This document shows positions 18,549 through 28,929 of a stretch of DNA of 64,000 nucleotides, piece by piece. This DNA comes from a bacterium (lineage in GTDB: Bacteria; Zhuqueibacterota; QNDG01; JAGLOF01): positions 5,899 through 69,898 of the forward strand of contig JAFGRY010000030.1 of NCBI GenBank assembly GCA_016934955.1, given 5' to 3'. The position numbers and the translations under genes were made by a program. Each line of letters begins with the position of its first letter. The first letter of the stretch is position 1. The notes under the pieces are model-generated. The model searched no databases. It was given only the letters and a program-made list of their open reading frames with translations, and was not told the origin of the DNA.

Positions 18549-20687
18549 ATGCCTGATTCTCATACCACGACCGTCCCGTTCATCCCCGCCAGATTGCAGC
18601 GGCTCAGGGATCTTGCCGATAATCTGGCCTTCAGCTGGAACGATCAGACCCTTGGCCTCTTTGCCGCTCTCGATGAACGTCTCTGGCATATCGTCAATCA
18701 CAACCCGGTGCGGCTGCTGATGGAAATCGATCCCGGCAGACTCATGCAGGCGGCTGAAGACGAGAGCGTGCTCTCACTGTATGATGCAGCGGTCAGCCGA
18801 TTCGACGATGAGATGGGGATGGAGAAAACATGGTTCAGTCAGCAATACGCGCATCGCAAGGGACATCTTATTGCCTATTTCAGCATGGAGTTCGGGCTGC
18901 ATGAAAGCCTGCCCGTCTATTCGGGAGGGCTGGGAATTCTGGCCGGGGACCACCTGAAGACGGCCAGCAGCATGGGCATACCCATGATCGGGGTCGGGCT
19001 GCTCTACCGTGTGTCCTATTTCAAGCAGTTCATCGCCTCGGACGGCAGGCAGCAGGCGGTCTATGAAGGGGCGGAGTTTTCCGGATTGCCCTTGAAACTC
19101 GTTACCGACGAGGTGCGGCGGCCGGTCGTCGTCCGCATTCCGGTACAGGATCGGGAGATCAGTGTCCGGGTCTGGAAGGCCGAAGTGGGCCGGGTACCGC
19201 TGCTGCTGCTCGATACCGATTTCCCCGCAAACCGGGCATCGGACCGGATCATCACCGAACGTCTGTACGATGCGGACCGCACCTACCGGCTGCTCCAGGA
19301 ACTGGTTCTCGGCGTCGGCGGTGTCCGTATGCTGGAGGCGCTCGATCTGCCGGTGAGTATATACCACCTCAACGAGGGGCACAGCGCCCTCCTCTCCATC
19401 GAACGGATGCAGCAGCTGACGGCTGCCGGCAGAAAGTGGGAGGAGGCGCTCTCCGCGGTGCGGGAATCAACGGTGTTTACCACCCATACACCCGTTCCGG
19501 CCGGGAATGAAGTGTTTGAGCGGGAGCGGATGGAACGGGTGCTCAGTGCCCGGCATCGGGGAATCCTCGATCACAACGGGGGCAGCGGCTGGCGTCTGGG
19601 ACAGTGCGCCGATGAAGAGGAAACGGGAACCTTCAACCTGACCATCCTGGCGCTGCGCACATCCCGTAAAAGCAACGCGGTGAGTGTGCTGCACGGAGAC
19701 GTGTCGCGGCGGATGTGGCAGCGTGTCTGGCCGGACCTGCCGCTGGAGAACGTGCCGATGGACGCGGTGACCAACGGTGTCCATGCACCGACCTGGATAC
19801 ATCCATCTTTCAAGGGGGTGTTCCGGCGCTATCTGGAAGAAAGCTGGCATCAGCATCTCGATGATCCGGAATTCTGGTCGCGTATGGATGCCGTGCCCGA
19901 CGAGACGATCTGGAGTGTGCACCGGGAGATCAAAAAAAGCATGCTCAGGGAGGTGCGGCGGCGGGTCGCGGCTCTGCGGGACAGAAATGGCGAGGATGCC
20001 GCCGCCGTGTGCGGGGCCGCGGGTATCCTGGGTGATGATGTTCTGACCATCGGTTTCGCGCGCCGGTTCGCCCCCTACAAACGGGCGACGCTGCTGCTGC
20101 ACGATCCGGAGAGGCTGAAGCGGCTTCTCGGCAACGAAGACCGGCCGGTTCAATTTATCTTCGCGGGCAAAGCTCACCCCGCAGACAGTGACGGGAAGCA
20201 GATCCTGCGGTATCTCTACGAGTTCAGCCGGGATGCGGGCATCGCAGATCGTCTCGTATTCGTGGAAAACTATGATATGGCTCTTTCCCGCCTGCTCATT
20301 GCCGGATGCGACTGCTGGCTCAATACGCCGCGGCGTCCCTATGAGGCCAGCGGCACCAGCGGCATGAAGGCGGCGATGAACGGCTGCCTCAATATAAGCA
20401 TCAAGGACGGATGGTGGGCCGAGGCGAGTGATACCGCCTACGGGTGGACCATCGGCGATGATACGCAGGATCCCGATCACGGCCGGCAGGATGAACGGGA
20501 CAGCGGCGCCCTCTATGCGCTGCTGGAATCAGAGGTGATCCCCGCGTATTATCAGCGTAACGGCAGCCCCTGGAGCAGCCGCTGGGTCGATATGATGAAA
20601 CGGTCCATCTCCGCATTGACGCCCCGCTTCAGTACGGTCAGAATGCTGCGGGAATATGTCGGGACCTGTTATTTCCCGAACCGGTGA
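18549..20687 (+). CDS. glgP: Alpha-glucan phosphorylase (GT35, alpha-glucan family)
   Basis: YFSMEFGLHESLPVYSGGLGILAGDHLKTASSMGIPMIGVGLLY, HLNEGHSA, FARRFAPYKR and EASGTSGMKAAMNG (PLP lysine region). Confidence 0.9.
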   Translation: MPDSHTTTVPFIPARLQRLRDLADNLAFSWNDQTLGLFAALDERLWHIVNHNPVRLLMEIDPGRLMQAAEDESVLSLYDAAVSRFDDEMGMEKTWFSQQYAHRKGHLIAYFSMEFGLHESLPVYSGGLGILAGDHLKTASSMGIPMIGVGLLYRVSYFKQFIASDGRQQAVYEGAEFSGLPLKLVTDEVRRPVVVRIPVQDREISVRVWKAEVGRVPLLLLDTDFPANRASDRIITERLYDADRTYRLLQELVLGVGGVRMLEALDLPVSIYHLNEGHSALLSIERMQQLTAAGRKWEEALSAVRESTVFTTHTPVPAGNEVFERERMERVLSARHRGILDHNGGSGWRLGQCADEEETGTFNLTILALRTSRKSNAVSVLHGDVSRRMWQRVWPDLPLENVPMDAVTNGVHAPTWIHPSFKGVFRRYLEESWHQHLDDPEFWSRMDAVPDETIWSVHREIKKSMLREVRRRVAALRDRNGEDAAAVCGAAGILGDDVLTIGFARRFAPYKRATLLLHDPERLKRLLGNEDRPVQFIFAGKAHPADSDGKQILRYLYEFSRDAGIADRLVFVENYDMALSRLLIAGCDCWLNTPRRPYEASGTSGMKAAMNGCLNISIKDGWWAEASDTAYGWTIGDDTQDPDHGRQDERDSGALYALLESEVIPAYYQRNGSPWSSRWVDMMKRSISALTPRFSTVRMLREYVGTCYFPNR

Positions 20688-20749
20688 TTCTCCCCGGCGG
20701 CAGCCGCCGGCGGGAGAACAGTAAAAAAACCGCTTGCTTTCCGCGGTTT
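20688..20749 (+). terminator. Two hairpins downstream of glgP (possible terminator)
   Basis: First hairpin: TTCTCCC/CGGCGG-cag-CCGCCG/GGGAGAA, with a bulge. Second hairpin: AAACCGC-N9-GCGGTTT followed by TTTG. No long U-run. Confidence 0.35.
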
Positions 20750-20770
20750 GAATTAGTATAATACACCATA

Positions 20771-20788
20771 TTTGGAAGCCCTTCCAAA
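20771..20788. promoter_or_regulatory. Perfect palindrome TTTGGAAG-CC-CTTCCAAA upstream of the LacI gene (candidate operator)
   Basis: Read directly. It sits just downstream of a possible TTGCTT-17-TATAAT promoter (20734-20762) and 48 nt upstream of the LacI ATG. Confidence 0.35.
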
Positions 20789-20835
20789 ATTTGCGTGTTT
20801 TATACACTCTCGTACCACAAGACAGGACCAGACGT

Positions 20836-21861
20836 ATGGCTGTGACTATTTACGATATAGCCGAAAAAGCGGGTGTCGGTATCGGCACCGTCTCCCGGGC
20901 CCTCAATAATAGTCCCCATATTTCCCTGCGAACCAAAGAAAAGGTCCAGGCGGTTATCACAGAGCTCGGGTATCAGCCGCACGCCATGGCCCGGGGCCTC
21001 GCCAAGCAGAAAACCTATACTTTCGCGGTGATCGTTCCCGTGTTTACCGGTTATTTTTTCATGGAAGTGCTGCGGGGTGTACAGCAGGAGGTCACCAAGG
21101 CGCACTATGACATGATTCTCTACAGCGTCGATCACAGTGACAAGACCGACCTCTTTCTGAAAAAGGTTACCAGAGAAAAGCGGGTCGATGGTGCGCTTCT
21201 CATCTCGCTCGGTATCAGTGACGTTCAGGCGTCCGCCTGCACACGGTTACGATTCCCCATCGTGCTGGTCGACAGCACGCACCCGTCACTCGATTCCATC
21301 ACGGTTCAGAACCGTCAGGGCGCGGAACGGGCCACGTCCCATCTTATTTCGCTGGGACATACAAAAATCGGCATGATCGATGCGCAGCTCAAGAGTTCTC
21401 CGGCGCAGGTCCGGCTTGAGGGATACCGGGATGCGCTGAAAAAGCACGGCTTGCCGCTGGATGAAAAATACCTCATCATCAGCGATCAGATCGCCGGCCA
21501 GCACGGCTTCAACCGGGAGTCGGGCTATCTGGCAATGAAACAGCTGCTGCAGCTCGGCAGTGAGCGCCCCACCGCGGTGTTTGTCTCCAGCGATATTCAG
21601 GCGGCCGGCGCGGTGCGCGCAATCAGTGAAGAGGGATTGACCATACCCGAAGACGTCTCGCTGATCGGGTTCGATGATATTGAGATTGCGGAATACCTGG
21701 AATTGACCACCATGAGGCAGCCCATGTTCCAGCTCGGGCAGCTGGGGGTCCGGAGACTGCTGGAGCGAATCGCCAATCCCGATCTCGAGCGGTTCCATCG
21801 CAGTTTCGATACAGAACTGGTCATCAGGCAGAGCTGCGGAATTGTGACGTCCACCAACTGA
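20836..21861 (+). CDS. LacI-family transcriptional regulator
   Basis: N-terminal HTH TIYDIAEKAGVGIGTVSRALNN, then a periplasmic-binding-protein-like sugar-binding fold (FVSSDIQAAGAVRAI, IGFDDIEIAEY). Confidence 0.9.
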   Translation: MAVTIYDIAEKAGVGIGTVSRALNNSPHISLRTKEKVQAVITELGYQPHAMARGLAKQKTYTFAVIVPVFTGYFFMEVLRGVQQEVTKAHYDMILYSVDHSDKTDLFLKKVTREKRVDGALLISLGISDVQASACTRLRFPIVLVDSTHPSLDSITVQNRQGAERATSHLISLGHTKIGMIDAQLKSSPAQVRLEGYRDALKKHGLPLDEKYLIISDQIAGQHGFNRESGYLAMKQLLQLGSERPTAVFVSSDIQAAGAVRAISEEGLTIPEDVSLIGFDDIEIAEYLELTTMRQPMFQLGQLGVRRLLERIANPDLERFHRSFDTELVIRQSCGIVTSTN

Positions 21862-21984
21862 ATCTCTGTTTCACCGCCTTCGGCTATCGCTTCCCGGTTT
21901 CACTGCAGCCCCGTCCCCCGGAAACGGGGAACACTTTCAGATGTAGATAACCGTTTACATATGTTAAATATGGAGCTGACAACA

Positions 21985-24900
21985 ATGAGAGGTGTACAAA
22001 GAACCGTTGCCATCGGACTGATGCTTTTCACGGTCTGTCTCGCGTCATTGCCTGTCTTCGCGGGAAATTCGGGAAAGATCACCGGCGTTGTCTATGATAA
22101 AGCAACCGGAGCGCCGCTGTATTACGCAAATGTCGTGATACAGGGCACCAATAAGGGGGCGGCCTGCGATGCCAACGGAAAATACACGATCATCAATGTT
22201 CCGGCCGGCGTCTATACACTGGTGGCGACCTACATCGGGTATTCGACGACAAAGGTGGAAAACGTCCGGGTCATGACCGATTTAACCACGACCATCGATA
22301 TTTACCTCGAACCGGGAGGCCTGACCGGTCAGACGGTCACGGTAGTGGCTGAGAGACCGATCGTTCAGAAAGACCTGACCGCCACTACCGCTGTGGTCGG
22401 TTCCGAAGAGATCAGGAATCTGCCGGTTACGGAAATCGCGGACGCGGTGGAACTGCAGGCAGGCCTGGTCAAGGATGCCGGCGGCGGACTCCATGTTCGG
22501 GGAGGGCGCAGCGGTGAAGTCAGCTACTGGATCGACGGCGTACCGGTAACAGACATGTACGACGGCGGCACTGTGGTTGATGTCAATAAAGACATGGTAC
22601 AGGAGCTGCAGGTTGTCAGCGGCGCATTCAATGCCGAATACGGCCAGGCAATGTCGGGGATCGTCAACATTACCACCAAACGGGGCAGCAACGAATTCGG
22701 CGGCAACATCACCACCTATTTCGGAGATCACGTCAGCTCTCACAATACTATTTTCATGGACGTCGGCAGCGTCAATCCCGTTTCCATAAGAAATGTCGAG
22801 GGAAGCCTTTACGGTCCCCTGATCAAGGATAAACTGTACTATTACGTGAACGGCCGCTATATCTATTTCGACGGCTGGCTGAACGGGCGGCGTCTCTACA
22901 ATCCCAATGCCGTTACCGGTCAGATAACCGCTACCAGGGATTTCATTGAATATTACGCCCCTGAATATCTTGACCGGGCGATTCGCCAGGATGACGGAAG
23001 TTACGCGTTTCAGTATGTGGTGGGGAGCAATGCCTACGTGGATTCACTGGTCACCTATTTCAATCTGCCCCAGGCCAAAGCGACGAACCCCGATTCGCTT
23101 GCCGCCTATTATGAGAAACTGCGCAACAACAACAAGGACGCTCTCGGAGACGGGAAATATATCCCCATGAACTGGAACCGGAAGATATACACCCAGGGAA
23201 AACTCATCTACCGGATCATGCCGACCATGGATCTTTCCTACAATTATATTCTCGACGATGTCAACTACAATGATTATGAACGGGATTACATCTTCAATCC
23301 CGACGGCGCGTCCCGGAAATTCAGGAGCGGTACAACCCATATTCTGAAACTCAATCATTCCCTGAGCAGCAGGACGTTCTACAATCTCGGTATTTCCTAT
23401 TTTATCAAAGGATTCCAGCGGTACCTGTATGAAGACACCCACGATGAGCGGTATGTCCACCCCTATCTGGAACTGCAGGATCCCTACTCGTTCAAAACCG
23501 GGGGCACACAGCTGGTGCATTTCAGAAGAAAAACCAGGACCATGCTGGCAAAATTCGATCTCACCAGCCAGATAACCGATCAGCACCAGCTCAAGGGAGG
23601 CATCGAGTACCGGCAGCACAATATCTTTCAGGAAGACATCAATCTGCGGCCGGCTGCCGGACAGACCGATATAACCCTGCCCTTCGACAGTCCCTATATC
23701 GATACCCGTGTTTTGGCGGACAGCACCATTTACTACAGCACCTACCGTCATAAGCCCGTGGAGTTTTCCGCGTATCTGCAGGACAAGATGGAGTTCAAGA
23801 GTCTCATCGTCAACCTGGGAGTGCGCATGGATTATTTCACCCCGGACGGTATTATTCTCACCGATGAGAGTGATCCCAATATCTATAATCCCATCAAGCC
23901 GCAAAACCGCTATCATGACTGGGGAACCGATGGTGTTCCCGGCACCTACGATGCAGACGGCAGCGAGGGGAACGGCACCCAGGATCCCGGCGAGCCGAAT
24001 GTGACGCTTGCCGAGCGGCAGGAGTACTGGTACCGGGATGCGACCTCCAAACTCCAGATAAGTCCCCGTATCGGTGTCAGCTTTCCCATTACCGAGCGGG
24101 GAATCATTCACTTTTCCTATGGTCACTTTTTTCAGCTGCCCCGGTTTGAACTGCTCTACCAGAATCCGGATTTCGAGCTGGGCTCCGGTACGGGCAACGT
24201 CGGTGTGATCGGCAATGCCGATCTGGAGCCGGAACAGACCATCAGCGGCGAGCTGGGGCTGCAGCAGGGGCTCACCGATGACATATCGCTGTCGGTGACC
24301 GCGTATTTCCGGGATATTCGCAACCTGACCGGAACAAAGGCGGATGAGATTCTTCTCTATGGCGGGGCAGCCCGCTACAGCAAGCTGACGAACAGCGATT
24401 TCGGATTCATCAAGGGAGTCATCCTCGCCCTGAACAAGCGGTTCTCAGGCGGGTTCGGCGCCTCGGTGGACTATACATTTCAGATCGCGGACGGCACCAA
24501 CTCCGATCCGGAGCAGGCGCGGAACGCCCTGGCGGGGGGGTCACTGCCGGAAGTGCAGCTGGTGCCCCTCAACTGGGACCAGACACACACCGTTAATGCC
24601 TCATTCACCTATGGCGGCAGAAACTGGGGCGCCAGTGTGATCGGCCAGTGGGGCAGCGGGCTGCCCTACACACCCCGGGCCTCAACCGATCTGAGCACGC
24701 TGCTGGTAAACAGCCAGCGCAAACCGGGAACAGTCAATGTCGATTTGCGAGCCTATTACGATGTTTCGCTTCCGTTCGGAAACGGGACATTCTTCGTGCG
24801 CGTGTTCAACCTGTTTGACACGCTGAACGAAATCAATGTGTTCAATGATACCGGCCGGGCCGGATTTACCACCGATCAGCTGGTAGCGGAGCGGTCCAAC

Positions 24901-24999
24901 CCGATTCTTTCCGTCAACACCCTCGATCAGTGGTTCACCAATGCAACCCACTATTCCGAACCGAGACGGATAGAAGTCGGCTTTACCTATAATTTTTAG
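21985..24999 (+). CDS. TonB-dependent outer-membrane receptor with N-terminal carboxypeptidase-regulatory-like domain
   Basis: Signal peptide MRGVQRTVAIGLMLFTVCLASLPVFA. GKITGVVYDKATGAPLYYANVVIQGT..GKYTIINVPAGVYTL matches CarbopepD_reg. The plug reads LQAGLV..LHVRGGRSGEVSYWIDGVPV. The barrel ends with the canonical ...GFTYNF. Alternative ATG at 21961. Confidence 0.9.
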   Translation: MRGVQRTVAIGLMLFTVCLASLPVFAGNSGKITGVVYDKATGAPLYYANVVIQGTNKGAACDANGKYTIINVPAGVYTLVATYIGYSTTKVENVRVMTDLTTTIDIYLEPGGLTGQTVTVVAERPIVQKDLTATTAVVGSEEIRNLPVTEIADAVELQAGLVKDAGGGLHVRGGRSGEVSYWIDGVPVTDMYDGGTVVDVNKDMVQELQVVSGAFNAEYGQAMSGIVNITTKRGSNEFGGNITTYFGDHVSSHNTIFMDVGSVNPVSIRNVEGSLYGPLIKDKLYYYVNGRYIYFDGWLNGRRLYNPNAVTGQITATRDFIEYYAPEYLDRAIRQDDGSYAFQYVVGSNAYVDSLVTYFNLPQAKATNPDSLAAYYEKLRNNNKDALGDGKYIPMNWNRKIYTQGKLIYRIMPTMDLSYNYILDDVNYNDYERDYIFNPDGASRKFRSGTTHILKLNHSLSSRTFYNLGISYFIKGFQRYLYEDTHDERYVHPYLELQDPYSFKTGGTQLVHFRRKTRTMLAKFDLTSQITDQHQLKGGIEYRQHNIFQEDINLRPAAGQTDITLPFDSPYIDTRVLADSTIYYSTYRHKPVEFSAYLQDKMEFKSLIVNLGVRMDYFTPDGIILTDESDPNIYNPIKPQNRYHDWGTDGVPGTYDADGSEGNGTQDPGEPNVTLAERQEYWYRDATSKLQISPRIGVSFPITERGIIHFSYGHFFQLPRFELLYQNPDFELGSGTGNVGVIGNADLEPEQTISGELGLQQGLTDDISLSVTAYFRDIRNLTGTKADEILLYGGAARYSKLTNSDFGFIKGVILALNKRFSGGFGASVDYTFQIADGTNSDPEQARNALAGGSLPEVQLVPLNWDQTHTVNASFTYGGRNWGASVIGQWGSGLPYTPRASTDLSTLLVNSQRKPGTVNVDLRAYYDVSLPFGNGTFFVRVFNLFDTLNEINVFNDTGRAGFTTDQLVAERSNPILSVNTLDQWFTNATHYSEPRRIEVGFTYNF

Positions 25000-25035
25000 A
25001 CGATGTCTATCACCGCAGCCAATCGGAGCGTTATT

Positions 25036-28000
25036 ATGAAAAGAACTGGAATCATTACCCCGTTAGTTATCGGCAGCCTGCTCTGCCTCGCGGCGGGCCG
25101 CCTTCCCGCCCAGAGCGGACCGCAGTATCAGCGGTCGGCCATCATGCGCGGCAATCTGGTGAAAACGGTGTTCGGCAACTGGGGCGTGATCGGGCAGCCT
25201 GCGGATAAAGGCGCCCGCGGTGCCTGGATATACGACAATAACGGGTATATCGGGGATGTCAGTCCCATGGTCGGCGCCGAGGTTACCACTGCCGACGGCA
25301 CCACTTTTCATTCAGTGGTGGTATGTCCCGTGGACCGGCCCACACGGCGTCACGAACAGTCGAACTCGGGCGAGTACTGGGGTTTTCAGCCTGTCGCCGG
25401 CTACTTCAATGAGAATCAGGAGGGTGTCGCCCTCTACAGTGATCCGACATCATGGCCCGCGATGTGGCCGGACAAGATGGACGATGCCAACGATCCCGGC
25501 TGGAACGGATCCTGGAACGGTTTTTTCGGCAAGACGACAACGGCCGCGGATGAGGCGTTTTTCGTCATGGATGACAACAATGACGAAGAATTCAACTATG
25601 CCGAGAATAACCGCTGGCACGTTTCGTTCAAGCCCGACGCGAACGATCTCTCCCGGAACGGCCTCGGCCTGGAAGTGAAAGTGCGGGCGATGCAGTGGGC
25701 CGATTTTCTGGCCCAGGACTGCATCTTCTGGCTTTATGAAATCACCAACACCAGCACCACCGATTACACCAAGGTCGTGTTCGGCATGCTTGTGGGTACC
25801 TATATCGGAGTGACCTCAACCGAGGATTACCGGGAGTACGAAGACGATTACTCGTTTTTTGATGTCGACAAGGATCTCACCTACACCGCCGATTTCGATG
25901 ACAACGCCAGCAGAAATCCCCTCTGGACCGGTGATGTGGGTGTGGTGGGATATGCGTTTCTGGAAAGTCCGGGCAACCAGTATGACGGCATCGACAATGA
26001 CGGCGACGCAGATGAAAATCCGCTGCTTCCCGGTACTGGCCCCTATTTTACTGCCGACGATTTTGTCCCCAGGGTGATCAGGGCCGGGGACAAGATCGTA
26101 CTGATAGACCGGTCATATAACCGTACGGTACAGACTCTGGGAAGCAGTCCCGTTACCGTCGTCACCTTCGGCGACAGTATCGACATCGTTCCCGGATCGA
26201 CGACGCTGGCGGAGGGGAATGTCATCATTCAGCAGGGCCGGGAGATCATCAACCCCAATGCCTACGATGGAATCGACAATGATCTCGACGGCGTTATCGA
26301 CGAAAACTACTACCTGCACTACCGCCAGATCCGCAAGGATCAGGAGGGTAACGTGCTCATCGACAAACTCAGTCCGGTTCGGCATAAAGACTATATCTCC
26401 GGGCTGGGAGTTGCCGATCCGCTCATCGACGAGCGCCGGGATGACGGTATCGACAATGACGGCGACTGGAACCCCGAATTCGACGATGTGGGCAACGACG
26501 GTCTCATCGGCACCAATGATCCGGGCGAGGGTGACGGATTCCCCACGCCGGGAGAGCCCAATTTCGATCAGACCGATGTGGACGAGTCCGACCAGATCGG
26601 ACTGACCAGCTTCGAATATTTCACCCCGGCGGTGGAATTTTCCATGGCGGACGACGAAGAGCTGTGGCAGCGTCTCGCCCCCGGTTTTTTCGAAGTGCCC
26701 GAATCGATCGTCAACAACAAACCCGAACGGGGAGAAGACGGTGATTTTATCTACGGCTCCGGGTATTTCCCCCTGCGGGCGGGAGAGACCCAGCGCTTTT
26801 CCCTGGCCCTGGTGTACGGCGAGGGCGGCGGCAAGGACGTCGATATCGCAGACCTGCTCAACAACCGGGAGACGGTGCAGAAGATCTATGACAGCGATTA
26901 CCGTTTTCCGCCCGCGCCTGACAAGCCGACACTGGTTGCGGTGCCCGGTGACGGAAAAGTCACCCTCTACTGGGACCGGAAGGCGGAAAAAAGTTTTGAC
27001 CCGGTGCTGAAGCGGTATGATTTCGAGGGTTACAAGATCTACAAGGCGACGGACCACAATTTCAATGAGGTGTTCGATATCACCGATGCATCGGGTAATC
27101 CGGTGGGATACAAGCCGCTGGCCCAGTTCGACATGGATGACGGTATCGAAGGCTACTTCCGGGCCAGTAACGATCTCTTCCAGCAAAGCAGGGGCGCTTC
27201 CTTTTATCTTGGCGATGACAGCGGGCTCGAGCATTCCTTTGTCGACACCGACGTGGAAAACGGCCGGCGGTATTTTTACGCGGTGGTCGCCTATGACCAG
27301 GGTGACGAGACCGCGGATATCTTTCCCAAGGAGAATGACAAGCGGATCGATATCGCCCCCTCGGGCACGGTTCGTACATTCCAGAACACCGCGGTGGTGA
27401 TCCCCAATGCCGAAACCGCCGGGTATGAACCCCCGGAAAACAGTATCGAGATCACCGGCGGCAGCGGTGTTGGAACCGGGCGGATTTATTACAAGGTCGT
27501 CGATGAAACCGTTCTCAAGGATCATCAGTACCGGCTCGAGTTCCTCGATACATCCAATGACGGTATTGACAACAACGGCAACTGGAACGTTCTCACCGAC
27601 GATGTGGGCAGTGACGGCATTGCCGGCACCTCGGATGCGGACGGCAGCGAGAGCAACGGAATCCCCGATCCCGGAGAACCGAACCTGGACCACCGGGACA
27701 GCCTGGAATATTTTGTACCGGTGACCACAGCCTATTCGGTGCGTGATGTCACCGGGCTCAGCGAGACCTTCACCGGCTCGGATACGTTCGCCGTACGTCT
27801 CTCGGTGCCGCATATCATTACCGAGACGGTGTCGGTTACCGATTACAACGGCAACACGGTCGATCCCGCAGAGTATATCCTTGACGGCATCAACGGTAAA
27901 ATACGGGGAAGCGCGCCGGGAGACATCGCATACGGACGCAATTACACGGTCAGCTATCAGTACTACCCGGTGTTTACCAGTCCCTATATTCAGAAGAGCC

Positions 28001-28887
28001 CCTACGCGGAAGAGACCCTTGATTCCGATATTTTCGACGGTATGTGGCTCTCGTTCAACAATCACTGGAAAATAACCCTCGATACCACCCGTACGTACTG
28101 GTCCGACTCCTCAAAGAGCTATAATTTTTCCTTCAACGTGATCGATACCTATTTCGGGGCTGACCGGCTCCTGGGACTCCGTCATCCGGCAGACTACGAC
28201 ATCATTTTCGCAGACGGTGTCATCGATACGTCCCTGACCATGCCCGAGCTGTTCGTGCAGGGGATACCGGTGAATTTCACCGTCTACAACCTGACCGATG
28301 AGCGGGATGTGGATTTTATTTTCGTCGATCTCGACCGCAATGCGCGGCTTTCACCCTATGACGAGATTGTATTTGTGGAAGAGGGGGAAGCCGGCAGTCG
28401 GATATTTACCTGGGATCTCTTTTTTACAAGCATGCTCGATACATCCTATATATACGGCACCGGTGATACACTGGCCATACGGTTGAAGAAGCCGTTCAGA
28501 AGCGGTGACGTATTCGAGTTTACTCCGGATGTCCCCGATGTTGACAGGACACTGCCCGCCGATTCCCTGCTCGACATGATCCGGGTGGTACCCAATCCCT
28601 ATGTCGTCGCCACCTCCCACGAACTGCCGCTGCCTCCGGCCATCACCAGCGGCAGGGGTGAGCGGAAAATCGATTTCATTCATCTGCCGCCGGGTGCCAC
28701 GGTCTATATTTTTACTTCCAGAGGGGACCTGGTACGCACACTGGAGCATGATAACAATATTTTTGACGGAACGCTTTCCTGGAACCTGAAAACATGGGAA
28801 AACCTCGATATCGCCGCCGGTATCTACTTTTACGTGGTAGAATCCTCCATCGGTATCAAGAGGGGTAAATTAGCGGTCATTAAATAA
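25036..28887 (+). CDS. Giant secreted acidic-repeat (Ca2+-binding-like) protein with C-terminal T9SS-type sorting domain
   Basis: Signal peptide MKRTGIITPLVIGSLLCLAAGRLPAQS. Four D-G-I-D-N-D/N-G-D/N type acidic loops. The C-terminus VVPNPYVV...VYIFTSRGDLVRTL..GTLSWNL..AGIYFYVVES..KLAVIK resembles a T9SS CTD. The ORF opens at 25003. Confidence 0.85.
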   Translation: MKRTGIITPLVIGSLLCLAAGRLPAQSGPQYQRSAIMRGNLVKTVFGNWGVIGQPADKGARGAWIYDNNGYIGDVSPMVGAEVTTADGTTFHSVVVCPVDRPTRRHEQSNSGEYWGFQPVAGYFNENQEGVALYSDPTSWPAMWPDKMDDANDPGWNGSWNGFFGKTTTAADEAFFVMDDNNDEEFNYAENNRWHVSFKPDANDLSRNGLGLEVKVRAMQWADFLAQDCIFWLYEITNTSTTDYTKVVFGMLVGTYIGVTSTEDYREYEDDYSFFDVDKDLTYTADFDDNASRNPLWTGDVGVVGYAFLESPGNQYDGIDNDGDADENPLLPGTGPYFTADDFVPRVIRAGDKIVLIDRSYNRTVQTLGSSPVTVVTFGDSIDIVPGSTTLAEGNVIIQQGREIINPNAYDGIDNDLDGVIDENYYLHYRQIRKDQEGNVLIDKLSPVRHKDYISGLGVADPLIDERRDDGIDNDGDWNPEFDDVGNDGLIGTNDPGEGDGFPTPGEPNFDQTDVDESDQIGLTSFEYFTPAVEFSMADDEELWQRLAPGFFEVPESIVNNKPERGEDGDFIYGSGYFPLRAGETQRFSLALVYGEGGGKDVDIADLLNNRETVQKIYDSDYRFPPAPDKPTLVAVPGDGKVTLYWDRKAEKSFDPVLKRYDFEGYKIYKATDHNFNEVFDITDASGNPVGYKPLAQFDMDDGIEGYFRASNDLFQQSRGASFYLGDDSGLEHSFVDTDVENGRRYFYAVVAYDQGDETADIFPKENDKRIDIAPSGTVRTFQNTAVVIPNAETAGYEPPENSIEITGGSGVGTGRIYYKVVDETVLKDHQYRLEFLDTSNDGIDNNGNWNVLTDDVGSDGIAGTSDADGSESNGIPDPGEPNLDHRDSLEYFVPVTTAYSVRDVTGLSETFTGSDTFAVRLSVPHIITETVSVTDYNGNTVDPAEYILDGINGKIRGSAPGDIAYGRNYTVSYQYYPVFTSPYIQKSPYAEETLDSDIFDGMWLSFNNHWKITLDTTRTYWSDSSKSYNFSFNVIDTYFGADRLLGLRHPADYDIIFADGVIDTSLTMPELFVQGIPVNFTVYNLTDERDVDFIFVDLDRNARLSPYDEIVFVEEGEAGSRIFTWDLFFTSMLDTSYIYGTGDTLAIRLKKPFRSGDVFEFTPDVPDVDRTLPADSLLDMIRVVPNPYVVATSHELPLPPAITSGRGERKIDFIHLPPGATVYIFTSRGDLVRTLEHDNNIFDGTLSWNLKTWENLDIAAGIYFYVVESSIGIKRGKLAVIK

Positions 28888-28929
28888 TATGCTGGGTATG
28901 CTGATTCACTTAGACAAGTGGAGATAGAT

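Noticed and set aside
21941-21960. ATGTAGATAACCGTTTACAT upstream of the TonB receptor as a LacI-type operator
   Set aside because: Only about 6 of 10 half-site positions are symmetric, and it does not resemble the perfect palindrome upstream of the LacI gene. It is mentioned in a finding but not called as a feature.
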